A DNA stretch of 64,000 nucleotides, from the NCBI RefSeq assembly GCF_030028105.1, contig NC_092390.1, positions 10,354,001 through 10,418,000 on the forward strand, given 5' to 3'. Both the position numbers and the translations under genes were made by a program. This document shows, piece by piece, positions 38,190-49,540 of the stretch. Position 1 is the stretch's first letter, and each line of letters opens with the position of its first letter. Source of the DNA: Mobula birostris. Taxonomy: Eukaryota. The notes under the pieces are model-generated. The model was not told the DNA's origin. It saw only the letters and a program-made list of their open reading frames with translations, and made no database searches.

Positions 38190-40345
38190 CCAAAGATTTA
38201 ATTGCTGTAGAAGATTTCTTACTCTTGTGGGATAACGCTTTTCCTGACAAGAGGTAGGGGTCACTCTGCTTGGCAGATGAGATTTATGGCTGTGAAACAA
38301 TCTCGGGTTCTGGGGCCTCCTCTGTGGTGATTGTAGGAGTTGTCTCAGGGACTGCAGGAGATGGTTCTGACAGCTCTGGATAATTTTCTTCTCGAACAAT
38401 TGACTCTTCCCTCCTCAACTGATCGATGTGCCATCTCCAGATGACATCAGACACAATCTCCACAGTGAAGCAGAATGGCCCTTTATCTTTCCAGGTATCC
38501 ACTTTTGATCACTTCACCAGGTCTGCTTGTCCAGGAGTGAAACATCGAAGCTCCTTGTTTGCTGAGCCCTCAATTTGTCTCAGCTCTTTGTCCTGCATAC
38601 TCCTTCAGAGATTGAGTTTGAGGACATCCAAGCATGAATGCAAGGAACAGTCCAGAAACAGCATAGCTGGAGGGTTGTTGGTTATGGAGTGCACTGCATT
38701 GCGATATGCAAGAAGAAAATTGGCAAACTTCTGATTCAGTATCAGTGTAGTATGTTCTGCTGACATTGCTTGTCATGTGTTCTTTAGACTCTAGACAAAA
38801 CTTTCAGCCAAGTCAATTGTAGCTGGGTGGTATGGGGCAGATGTAATATGTCTTATTCCATTCATTTTCAGGAATGACTGAAAATGTTCTTATAAAAAGT
38901 GCAGTCCATTGTCACTGACTAGGCGTTCTGGAACAACAGTCCTTGAGAAGAGGCTTCTCAATATATTAACTGTGTGCAAGGCTGTAGTGGAGGCTATTGG
39001 GAACACTATTGGCCACTTTGTAGCTATATCCACTACCAGCAAGAAATTTGTGCCCATGAATCGTCCAGCAAGATCTACATGAATCCTCTGCCAGGGCAAT
39101 GCAGGCCACTCCCAGTGATGGAGAGGCACTGCTCTTGGCACCTTCTGGATGTGCTGGCATCCCAAACAGTGCATGGCAAGCTACTTGAACTGCTGATCTA
39201 TCCCAGGCCACCAGACAATACTTCAAGCCAATACTTTCATTTTGGCCACGCCTAGATGATCAGCATATAACACCTTCAACTCTCAGCTTGGATGGTAGAA
39301 CAACTCTCAATCCCCACATAAGGCAACCTCTGTCAAGGACAAGCTCATCCCAGTGATGGTAAAAATGGGAGAATTGGAATTTCTGATGCACGTTCCAGCA
39401 TTTTCAGTGGCCACATAGACCTGAGACAGTGTGGGGTCTTTTCCGGTTTCCCTTTGGATCATCTCTGCTGTAATAGAGAGACTTTCTATTTGCATTCGAG
39501 AGAATACGTCAAGAGGAGTGTCCTCTTTTATAAATTTTTCAGGTATTTCCTTTTCCAAGGGTAAATGGGAAAATCCATCAGCATTTCCATGATTAGTCGT
39601 CCTCTTGAATTCAATCTTGTAATTGTGTCCTCCGAGAATGAGAACCTCTTCTGTGGATTAAAGGTGGTCACTAGTGGTTGATGATCAGCAATGAGGATAA
39701 ACTCTCTCCCATACAAGTACTGGCTGAAATATTTTACACCTCAAACCAGACTCAAGGCCTCTCTGTCATTCTGTGTGCAATTTTTCTCTGCAGCAGTAAG
39801 GGGACGTGATGCAAATGATATGGAGCGTTTACCTCCACCACTCATAACATGTGACCTGACTGCACCTATGCCATAAGGTAAGGTGTCACAGACAAGCTTC
39901 ACTAGACAATGTGAGAGTGAAGTGTCTGACATTGCCATTTTTTTTAGCTTTTTGAAAGCCACCTCACACTACTTTGTCCACTGCCATTTCTTCCCGATCT
40001 GTAGTAATGGGGTGGAGCACAGTAGCCGAGTTTGAGGAGCCTGTTATGGTAATTAACAAATCCTGAAAAGGACCACAGCTTTGACATGCCCTTTTGTGTT
40101 GGGGCATACACCACTGCTAGAATTTTCTCAGCATACTTGTGGTCTGCTTATGTATCAATGGTATAACCACAGTAAGTGATGCTTGGTTTAAAGAATTCAC
40201 ACTTTTGCATTGTGCTTCGAGCCCGTAATCTTTTAATCATTTTTACCACTGTCCTGAGATTTTGAAGACGTTCCTTGTCATCCTTACTGCTAACAGTAAT
40301 GTCATCCCAGTAACACTGAATGCCCGGACAGCCTTGCTGCACCTG
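38190..40345 (-). mobile_element. Ty3/Gypsy LTR retrotransposon pol remnant (RT, RNase H, integrase), heavily frameshifted; no LTRs seen
   Basis: QCYWDDITVS (YxDD), KCEFFKPSITYCGY, LVCDTLPYGIGAV, FASRPLTAAEKN..DREAL, YGREFILIADHQPL, PWQRIHVDLAG, PERLVSDNG; RT-RH-IN order. Confidence 0.93.
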
Positions 40346-40359
40346 GTGCCGGAGCAGAT

Positions 40360-41301
40360 CATAAACACAGGAAATTCTGCAGTTGCTGGAAATGTAAAGC
40401 AGGGGATGGAGGGAGGGAGGGGAGGGAACGTCGACTCAGACCATGAGAGGCCTGCATCGGGCATTTTCATGCCTTACAAGGCACAGAATGTAAAGCAACA
40501 CACACAAAATAGTGGAGGATCTCAACAGTTCAGGCAGCATCTATATAAATGAATAAACAGTCAACGTTTCAGGCCAAGACCCTTCTTCAGGACTTCAGGA
40601 AGATGCTAGATTAAAAAGGTGGGGGGGGGGAGGGGAAGGAGCACTAGGCAGAGGGTGATGGGTGAAGCCAGGTTGGTAGGAAATGTTGGAGAGGAAGGAA
40701 TCTGATGGGAGAAGAGAGTGAACCGAAGGAGAAAGGGAATGAGGAGGGGACTAGGGGGTGGTGATAGGTAGGTAAGAAGAGTTAACAGGCTAGAGTGGGG
40801 AATAGAAGAAAAAGGAAGGGAGAAGGATGATTCTTTTACCGGAAGAAAAATCAATATTCATGCCATCAGGTTGGAGGTTACCCATACAGAATATAAGGTG
40901 TTTGCTCCTCCACCCCGAGGGTGGCCTCATTTTGGCACAAGACATGTTGGAGCAGGAATGGGAATGGAGATTAAAATGGGCCACCGGGAAGCCCTGCTTT
41001 TGGTTGATGGAGCAGAGGTTTTTGATGAAGCCGTCCCCCAATTTGCGCATAGTCTCACCATGAGGAGGCCCCATCGGGAGCACCGGATACAATAGACAAT
41101 CCCAGCAGATTCGGAGGTGATGTGTTGCCTCACCTGGAAGGACTATTTGGCCCCTGAATGCAGGTGAATAGTCGGGTCTAGCACTTAGGCCCACTTGCAA
41201 GGATAAATGCTGGGAGGGAGGTTAGTGGGGATGGACGAAAGGGACGAGTGCTACACCTACCCATTCACCTCCTCTCTCACTTCCATTCATGGCCCCAAAC
41301 A
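40360..41301 (-). mobile_element. Penelope-like element 3' part with a short inverted segment at its 5' side
   Basis: RQHITSESAGIVYCIRCSR, KHLIFCMGNLQPDGMNIDF; 41247-41301 is the same region in plus orientation. Confidence 0.82.
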
Positions 41302-41309
41302 TGCCAGCA

Positions 41310-42190
41310 TATGTAATTCTGATATACCCCACTAAACTTAAATGAATGCACAACCCAGAAGAGTGAAGACATTATCACTATTGAAGAAAAAGTTAACCAA
41401 TGGAAGAGCATGACCCTCCATGGAAAACATCCCCATGATCTGAGCAGACTAGACGTCAACAAGGAACCGTCGACTCAAGAGTTGGATATCTCTTCCCAGA
41501 AACAGAGGAGTTCCTTGTGGCAATACAGGACCAATTCAAGACAATAAATGCAGAAAATGCCAAGAGAAACCAGAAACAATCCAACAACATTACAGTATCC
41601 TGCAGCAGTTTAACTCAATCTGATTACTTGCACAGGTACAATGAAGTGTTAAATATTATTCACCAGGTTTTTAAATACAAACTCACAGAAGACAACACAC
41701 CTCACTATAAAGACAAGCCTGATCCAGTTTTAGAGTCAGAGTCCTACAAATTATATTACAACCAATCCGTTATTACAGATAGGGCAATCCATGATAACTG
41801 TCCAGATATAATATTACAGGATAAACAAGCAAGAGCAACTTATTTAATAGATATAGCCATTCCAAACACACATAACATATAGAAATCAATAAGTGAAAAA
41901 AAAAACAAATATGCTGAATTAAAAGAGTAAATTGAAAGACTATGGAACATGAATAGGGTATACATTGTCCTATTAGTAATATCAACAACTGGTATCATCA
42001 CAAAGTCACGACACGACAGCATTAAATAATTAGGCCCATACAGCAATAGTTACAGTATGTACATCTCCAGAAAGCCACAATACTAAACATCACTAGAATA
42101 GTCCAGAAGTTCCTGGCACCTGAGAAATGAATGTGCTGGCTCCAACCTTACCTTAGAATGTACCAACTTGAACTGAGAAAAATAAAAATA
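41310..42190 (+). mobile_element. Restriction-like endonuclease (RLE) non-LTR retrotransposon C-terminal remnant, R4/Dong-like
   Basis: WKSMTLHGKH, AIQDQ, LTQSDYLHRYNEVLNIIHQ (RHN motif), PDIILQDK..YLIDIAIP (PD..D), QKATILNITRIVQKFL; A-rich tail. Confidence 0.8.
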
Positions 42191-42225
42191 AATAATTAAG
42201 TAAAAATACTAATAACTTGACTAAA

Positions 42226-42990
42226 TACTGTAAGCGCAAGTGCTACACCTGTCCCTACACCTCCTCTCTTGCCACCATTCAGGGCCCCAAACAGTACTTC
42301 CAAGTGAGGCAACACTTCACTTGTAAGTCTGTTGGGGTCATCTATTGCATCTGGTGCTCCCAGTGCGGCATCCTCTACATCGGTGAAACCCGACGCAGAT
42401 TAGGGGACTGCTTCGTCGAGCACCTCCACTCTGTCCAACACTACAGACTGGATCTCCCGGTAGCCACCCACTTCAACTCTGCTTCCCACTCCCATTCAGG
42501 TATGGCCATACATGGCTTCCTCTACTGCCATGATGAGGCTAAACTCAGGTTGGAAGAGCAACACCTCATATACCGTCTAGGTAGTCTCTACCCTTGGTAT
42601 GAACATTGAATTCTCCAACTTCTGGTAATTCCCTCCCCCTCCCTTCCCCTATCCCTATGTCACTCTGCCCCCTCCCCCAGCTGCCTATCACCTCCCTCTT
42701 GGTTCCGCCTCCTTCTACTACCCATTGTGTTTTCCTCTATTCTTTTTTCACCAGTCCTGCCTATCCCCTCCCTGCCTCCCCTCCCCCACCCCTTTATCTT
42801 TCCCCTTACTGATTTTTCTCCTGGAACCTACCAGCCTTCTCCTTGCCACCCTCCCCCCACCTTCTTCATAGGGCCTCTGCCCCTTCCCCCTACAGTCCTG
42901 ACGAAGGGTTCCAGCCCGAAACGTCGACCGATCTTTTCCACGGATGCTGCCCGACCTGCTGAGCTCCTCCAGCGTGTTGTGGGTGTTGCT
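42226..42990 (+). mobile_element. Penelope-like element 3' end with a recognisable GIY-YIG endonuclease region
   Basis: CKRKCYTCPY..HFTCKSVGVIYCIWCSQCGILYIGETRRRL..EH..PVATHFN..LEEQHLIYRLGSL. Confidence 0.93.
42893..42930 (+). ncRNA. Minimal type I hammerhead ribozyme (Penelope-associated)
   Basis: cagtc-CUGACGA-a-ggg-uuccag-ccc-GAAA-CGUC/gaccg: helix I cagtc:gaccg (4/5), helix II ggg:ccc, helix III reduced to the palindrome ACGU; predicted cut after 42925. Confidence 0.8.
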
Positions 42991-42999
42991 GATAACTTG

Positions 43000-44275
43000 A
43001 GTTGTAGAATCCTTGAAAGTGAGCTTGTAGGTTGTTGGAATATGTTCATTATTGAGGAGAGTGAAGTTAACAATACTGCTTCAGGAGCCTGATGGTTGAA
43101 AGGTAGTTACTGTTCCTGAACCTGATGGTGTGGGACCTAAGGTTCCTGTACGTCCATCCCAATGGTAGCAGTGAGAAGAGAGCACATCCTGGACAGTGGG
43201 TTCTTGAAGAATGATGCTGCTTTCTTGTGGCAGCGCTCTTTGTAGATGTGGTGGGGAGGACTTCGCATGTGATGAACTGGGTTGTATCCATCACTTTTTT
43301 TAGGCTTTTCTGCTCTTGGGCATTGGTGTTTCCATACCAGGCCATGATGCAACCAGTTAGGATATCCTCAAAATTCAAACTACATTTAATATTGAGGTAT
43401 CTATAATTTATAGAGATTAGTCTGCTTACAGGCAGCCACAGAACAAATAACCCCCCAAAAAAATTTAACCAATACCAACAAAAACCCAGTGTGCAGAGAG
43501 AGAGAAAAAAAAAACACTGTGCAAACAATAAAAGCAAGGAACACATTTGGAAGGAAAGTGAGTCCATAGAGAGGAAGCCTGGAGCAGCTGGAGCAGGCCC
43601 TCAGCCTCAGCGCTACAGAGAGTGGAGCAGACGTCACAGAATAGTGAGCAGAACTGATTCAACCCTCCCCTCCGGTCCTGACACCCTGCCTTTTCAGTCC
43701 ATTTTGCCCAACGTTTAACTTGTCCAAACACTGTCACTCCCTTCACTAGGACCCGGTCCCTGGCACTTCAATATGTTTTGGGCCTGAACCCTCCACTACG
43801 TTTCAGTCCATACCCCACCTTTCCAAACCGGCCTGACACTTGGGTCGATCAGACCTCGCTCTCGGTTTAAGTGGATGGGCTCCAGAACTCCTTTGCTTCG
43901 AACTTTCTCCACTTTGCATGTCCCAATTCCGTCTCATCCAGGTCCCGACCTCACTCCGAAAACTTCTCCTTGAACATGCCTGGACCCTGCTCCGACTTCG
44001 AATCCATCTCACACCCACACACCTTGGCTGTCGGGTCAGCCTTGCCTTCGCTCACCTCTTCATTGTTGACGATGACTGTTTACCACAATTTTCCATAGAA
44101 AACATGCTATCAATAAAGTATTTAGTTGTATTTCTTGCTTTATGAACCACCAGTAGGCTGTCGCCCATCTTCAAAGTGCCATCTTAAACCGTAAGATGTG
44201 CATCTACAGAAGTTTGTCAAAATTTTAGACCACATTCTGAATCTATGCAGACTTCTAAGAAAGTAGAGGCATTAC
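43000..44275 (-). mobile_element. Rex-like LINE remnant interrupted by an apparently internally deleted element (about 43368-44195)
   Basis: ILTGCIMAWYGN..HCPGCALFSLLPLG peptide; RT remnant resumes near 44195; the insert has a (tttgaa) tail and an aagatggc start on the minus strand. Confidence 0.55.
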
Positions 44276-44754
44276 TTTCTTGGGAACTACTTTTTAAAGG
44301 AAACTTTTCGTGAATTTGTTTTGATAAAATGTGTAAAAGATTTATTTTTCTATATTTATCTGATGAAAAGGAACGAAAATGAGAGGCACATCATCATAGT
44401 AAACATGCCTGACTCAGCTGGCAGAGTTGTGAGCCAATGTTCTTAGGAAATTTGGCATGCCTTGGAAGTTTTCAACAGATGGATGCAGGTGGACACCGGG
44501 CGATTGGGAACACAACTACAGTTCATCCGTTGATAAACAGGCAGGACATCCTCTCATTGGAATCATTTTCACAACCAGCTTCAGGTAATTTGGTAAATTG
44601 GTTTATTATTGTTACATGTACTGAAAGACTGACTTACTGCCTTGCATACTGTTCATTACAATAGTGCATTGAGGCAGTACAAGGGAAAACAATAGCAGAA
44701 TGCGGAGCAAAGTGCTACAGTTAGTGCAGTCCTGTTGAAGGTCCCAGCCTGTTT

Positions 44755-45585
44755 ATAACCATATAACCATATAGCCATTACAGCACGGAAACAGTCCATC
44801 TCGGCCCTTCTAGTCCGTGCCGAACTCTTACTCTCACCTAATCCCGCTGACCTGCACTCAGCCCATAACCCTCCATTCCCTTCCTGTCTATATGTCTATA
44901 CAATTTAATTTTAAACGACAACATTGAACCTGCCTCAACCACTTCTGCTGGAAGCTCGTTCCACACAACTACCACTCTCTGAGTAAAGAAGTTCCCCCTC
45001 ATGTTACCCCTAAACTTTTGCCCTTTAACTCTCAACTCATGTCCTCTTGTTTGAATCTCCCCCATTCTCAATGGAAAAAGCCTATCCACGTCAACTCTAT
45101 CAATCCCCCTCATAATTTTAAACACCTCTATCAAGTTCCCCCTCAACCTTCTACGCTCCAAAGAATAAAAGACCCAACTTGTTCAACCTTTCTCTGCAAC
45201 TTAGGAGATGAAACCCAGGCAACATTTTAGTAAATCTCCTCTGTACTCTCTCAATTTTATTGACATCTTTCCTAAAATTCGGTGACCAGAACTGTACACA
45301 ATACTCCAAATTTGGCCTTACCAATGCCTTATACAATTTCAACATTACATCCCAACTCCTATACTCAATGCTCTGATTAATAAAGGCCAGCATACCAAAA
45401 GCTTTCTTCACCACCCTATCCACATGAGATTCCACCTTCAGGGAACTATGCACCATTATTCCTAGATCCCTCTGTTCTACTGCATTCTTCAATGCCCTAC
45501 CATTTACCATGTATGTCCTATTTTGATTAGGCCTCCCAAAATGTAGCACCTCACATTTTTCGGCATTAAACTCCATCTGCCACAG
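44755..45585 (-). mobile_element. CR1 LINE 3' fragment (young)
   Basis: MEFNAEKCEVLHFG..RPNLEYCVQFWSP..NFFTQRVVVVWNELP; (tatatggt)n tail. Confidence 0.95.
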
Positions 45586-45680
45586 ATGCCTCCTGACTTG
45601 CTGAGTTCCTCCAGCATTTTGCAGAGATCAGGATTAAACCTGGGCAGCTAAGAGGCAGCAGTTCTACAAGCTGGCCGTAT

Positions 45681-46725
45681 GTACTCAGTAGCTGCTTTAT
45701 CAGGTACACCTGTACACCTTCTCATTAATTTAGGTTCAAGTTCAAGTTTAATTGTCATTCAACCATACATGAATACCCATGAATACAGCCAAATGAAACA
45801 GCGTTCGTCCAGGGCCAGGGTGCAAAACACAGGAACAAGAGTTGCAGCTATATAGAACCTTGGTCAGACCCCACTTGGAGTACTATGCTGAATTCTGGTT
45901 GCCTGACTACAGGAAGGATGTGGAAACCATAGAAAGGGTGTAGAGGAGATTTACAAGGATATTGCCTGGATTGGGGAGCATGCCTTATGAGAATAGGTTG
46001 AGTGAACTTGGCCTTTTCTCCTTGGAGCGACGGGGGATGAGAGGTGTCCTGATAGAGGTGTACAAGATAATGAGAGGCATTGATCGTGTGGATAGTCAGA
46101 GGCTTTTCCCCAGGGCTGAAATGACTAGCATGGGAGGGTATAGTTTTAAGGTGTTTGGAAGTAGGTACAGAGGAGGTGTCAGGGGTAAGTTTCTTACGCA
46201 GAGAGTGGTGAGTGCGTGGAATGGGCTGCCGGTGGCAGTGGTGTAGGTGGAAACGATAGGGTCTTTTAAGAGACTCCTGGATGGCTACATGGAACTTAGA
46301 AAAATAGAGGGCTATGAGTAAAGCCAAGGTAGTTCTAAGGTAGGGACATGTTCGGCACAGCTTTGTGGGCCAAAGGGCCTGTATTGTGCTGTAGGTTGTC
46401 TATGTTTCTATGTTTATACACAATACACGGCACATAAAAGATAGCGATAAACATACAGCCACACAGAAATACATATATAGCCCAAGTAACTGAGTGACCT
46501 GTCCTGTAAATTGATGGTGATGGGTGTTATCAGTAAGAGCAAGCAGTTCTCTACAGTCCACAGATGAATGGATATGATCCAAGTGACTTTGACCATGGAA
46601 TGATTGTTGGTACCAGACAGGGTAGTTTGGGTATCTGAGAAACTGCTGGGATTTTCACGCACAATAGTCTTCAGCATTTACAGAGAAAGGTGTGATAAAC
46701 AAAAGTGGTCACAAGAATGGTCTGG
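45681..46725 (+). mobile_element. Tc1-like transposon remnant split by later insertions (TIR at about 45681-45730, transposase 5' piece at about 46580-46705)
   Basis: tactcagtagctgctttatcaggtacacctg TIR-like; SDFDHGMIVGTRQG..LLGFSRTIVFSIYRE matches the Tc1 N-terminus and the 52805-53332 copy. Confidence 0.65.
45843..46415 (+). mobile_element. CR1 LINE 3' fragment (same young subfamily as 31258-33610)
   Basis: Near identity to 33183-33610; ctatgtttctatgttt tail. Confidence 0.95.
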
Positions 46726-47392
46726 CAAGAAAGTATTAACATATGTGGAGCTTTCGATGGTCTGGGCATGTACTCAATGGAGATTAGAGGAATGAGGGGG
46801 GATCTCAATGAAACCTATTGAATATAAAAGACTGAGATAGAGTAGACATGGAGAGGATGTTTCCAATAGTGGGGGAATCAAGGATCGGAAGGCAGAGCCT
46901 CGAGATAGAGGGGTGTCCATTTGGAACAGAGATGACTTAGCCAGAGGGTGGTGAATCTAAGGAATCCATTGCCGTAGATGCCTATTGAGGCCAAGTCATT
47001 GGGAATATTTAAAGCGGAGGTTGATAGGTTCTTGATTAGTCAGGTGTCAAAGGTTACAGGGAGAAGGCAGGAGAATGGGGATGTTGTTGTTCCTCCTTTC
47101 CACACCTTGCGGCACCTCGGGCAGCAACATTGCCGTTTCTTCAGCATTATTGTCTGTTTATTATGAGGCTGAGTTTCTAGCTGAACGCTCAACACAGCAC
47201 GGACGGAGAGCGTGCAGGGAGCCGGTCAAATTCGAACCCAGGACCATTCGCCTTGAAGTCCAGTGCGAATGCCAAAACACCACCAGCCGGCTTGGAGGAT
47301 GGGATTGAGAGGGATAATAAATCAGTCAGGATGGAATGGTGGAGCAAACTCGATGGGCCAAATGACCTAATTCTGCTCCTATGTTATGGTCT
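46710..47392 (+). mobile_element. Older CR1 3' fragment
   Basis: gaatgaggggggatctcaatgaaacc...EAKSLGIFKAEVDRFL...tail tgttatggtct. Confidence 0.8.
47082..47291 (-). mobile_element. tRNA-derived SINE inserted into a CR1 tail
   Basis: Minus strand starts gccggctggtggtg (A-box-like), has B-box gggttcgaatt, ends in (aac)n; flanks ggagaatgggg / ggaggatggga. Confidence 0.75.
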
Positions 47393-48367
47393 AACAGTGC
47401 GGGGTGTGGCGGAGACAATGATTGGCTGGAGAGATATGGTTCAAAGCTACAGATGTCTGGCTCAAAGACAAAAGGACAACTAACATAGCAAGGTCACTCT
47501 ACAAAACACATTATTCATTGGACAGGATCAAGCAATGGCAGTAGGTACTCATTTTGGGTCCAGATTAAAATAGGTTAAGTTGAGCTTTTATGCTGTACAT
47601 CAAAACGTACAGTGAAATGTGTCGTTTGCATCAAATTAAATCAGCGAGGTTTTGTGCTGGGCAACCCACAAGTGTTTCCACTCTTACAGCACCAACAGAC
47701 AGTGATGGGAATTGAATCACCTCATCTTACGGCTGGTGATGTTAAGCATTGTGAGTGGGTGTATTTTTCATAATTATGCACCCTCGTATTTTAAATAGAG
47801 GTAATAACAAAACTGCTTAACAGGAAGGATGAACGTTTGCATTGTTTTCCAGACAAGCATTATTGAGCAGAATGGTCTCCTGGCTAGAAACATTAGCTGC
47901 AGTTGTGGAATTTCCTGTGGATTCTCAATACTTTTGTGCTGCTAACATTCAGAGTTGAGTATTTCTTGAGGCTTTTGGTGCACAGTTTATTACTTTGAAG
48001 TACAATAAATTGCAATAGTAATAAAAATCGGATCTGTTGATTAGTATTGATTTGTTGTGATTCTCTCAATCCTCTTTATTAAAACCAGCAAAAAGCTTGT
48101 AAATATTGAATGGCTTGGCCTGCAGGTTTAATGGATTTAGCAATGCCTATTCTCAGAAAAAATAGCAGTAACAAGATTCTCAGAGTTGTATTCTCTGTTA
48201 CATTCCAGTATACAGTAATATAATATGCCTACCTCCATATTACAAACTGCTTCTCCCTGAGAGAAATCAAAATTACCAATTCCTTTCTTGCCTTTCCCAT
48301 TCTACTTCTTGCTGCATTCATTCCCCATAAAAGAGCAATTTTCAGTGTTTTCTCTTGTTTGGGGAGC

Positions 48368-48410
48368 CTTTCAGCTATTGACAAGGTCTTTCAGCTATTG
48401 ACAAGGTCTT
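48368..48410. repeat. Perfect 20 bp tandem duplication
   Basis: ctttcagctattgacaaggt twice plus ctt. Confidence 0.95.
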
Positions 48411-49311
48411 GTGAACCACCTCAAATTTTAACACATTGTGTCAGGAAATCCCTGCGAATGTTCAAAGTAAAATTATTATCAAAACATGTATATGTCACCC
48501 TATACTACCCTAAGACTTTTTTTTTGCAGGCTTTCACAGTAGAACAAAAAAATTACAATACAATCAAAGAAAAACTACACACAAAGACTGACAAACAACC
48601 AATGTGCAAAAGAAGACAAACTGTGCAAATACAAAAAAAACAAAAAAGTGTTTTAACAGTGAAGTTATCCATGCTGGTTCATGAGCCTGATGGTCGAACA
48701 GTAGTAACTGCGTCTGAACCTAGTGGTGTGGGATCAATATTTCCTTTAAGGTGTGTGCGTGTACGCATGCATACAACTTTTGCTGCTAGCACACAAAGGA
48801 ATTTAAACTGCGCCCAGTGGAAAACATCTGTTTATTTACAATAGTAATGATATATGTAAATCAAACAAAAATTATACAATGGATTCCGATGGATCTCCAG
48901 GAAAAAAATCTTCCCTATTTAACCCAACCATAAAAGAGGAAATTCCACTATAAAGAGAACTGTTTAGCTTTTAATCACCCTTCTGTTCAATAGTGTATAC
49001 TATTAAAATCAAGTTGTCTTTTCTTTGGAAGTGCTTTGCCCGCTCTTTGTCAAACACTTCCAGCTATTTTAATTTGCAATCTCTTTGCTACATTTTAATC
49101 TTACTCCTTCCCACATTTAATGCAAAAATCGAATGATTAAAATGTTCAATTTGACTAAATACTAATCATAATCAAAAGCAAATATTGGCAAACCGTTCTG
49201 AAGGTCATGATGAATCATACCTCCTCCCACCACATCACGTTCAGAATGAGAGTGAACAGACTGTGTGTAAAGCAACTTTATTTGAAATGGTGTTGAAAAA
49301 TTAAGCAATGA

Positions 49312-49540
49312 GAGCATAAGACATAGGAGCAGGATTAGGCCATTTGGCCCATCGAGTCTGTTCCACCATTCTATCACAGTTGATTTATTATATCCACCCC
49401 CAACCCATTTTCCTGTCTTCTTCGTGTAACCTTTGACATTCTTATCAAATCAAGAACCTATCAACCTCCACTTTAAATAGACTCAATGACTTAGCTTCCA
49501 CAGCTGTTTGTGGCAATGAATTCCATAGATTCACCACCCT
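49312..49540 (-). mobile_element. CR1 3' end
   Basis: cataagacataggagcaggattaggccatttggccc...ggcaatgaattccatagattcaccaccct. Confidence 0.85.

Noticed and set aside
38190-40345. Domesticated Gypsy gene or endogenous retrovirus
   Set aside because: Many stops and frameshifts, mutated catalytic motifs, no env or LTR seen.
47200-47291. tRNA gene
   Set aside because: A/B boxes are followed by a SINE body and an (aac)n tail; no clean cloverleaf.
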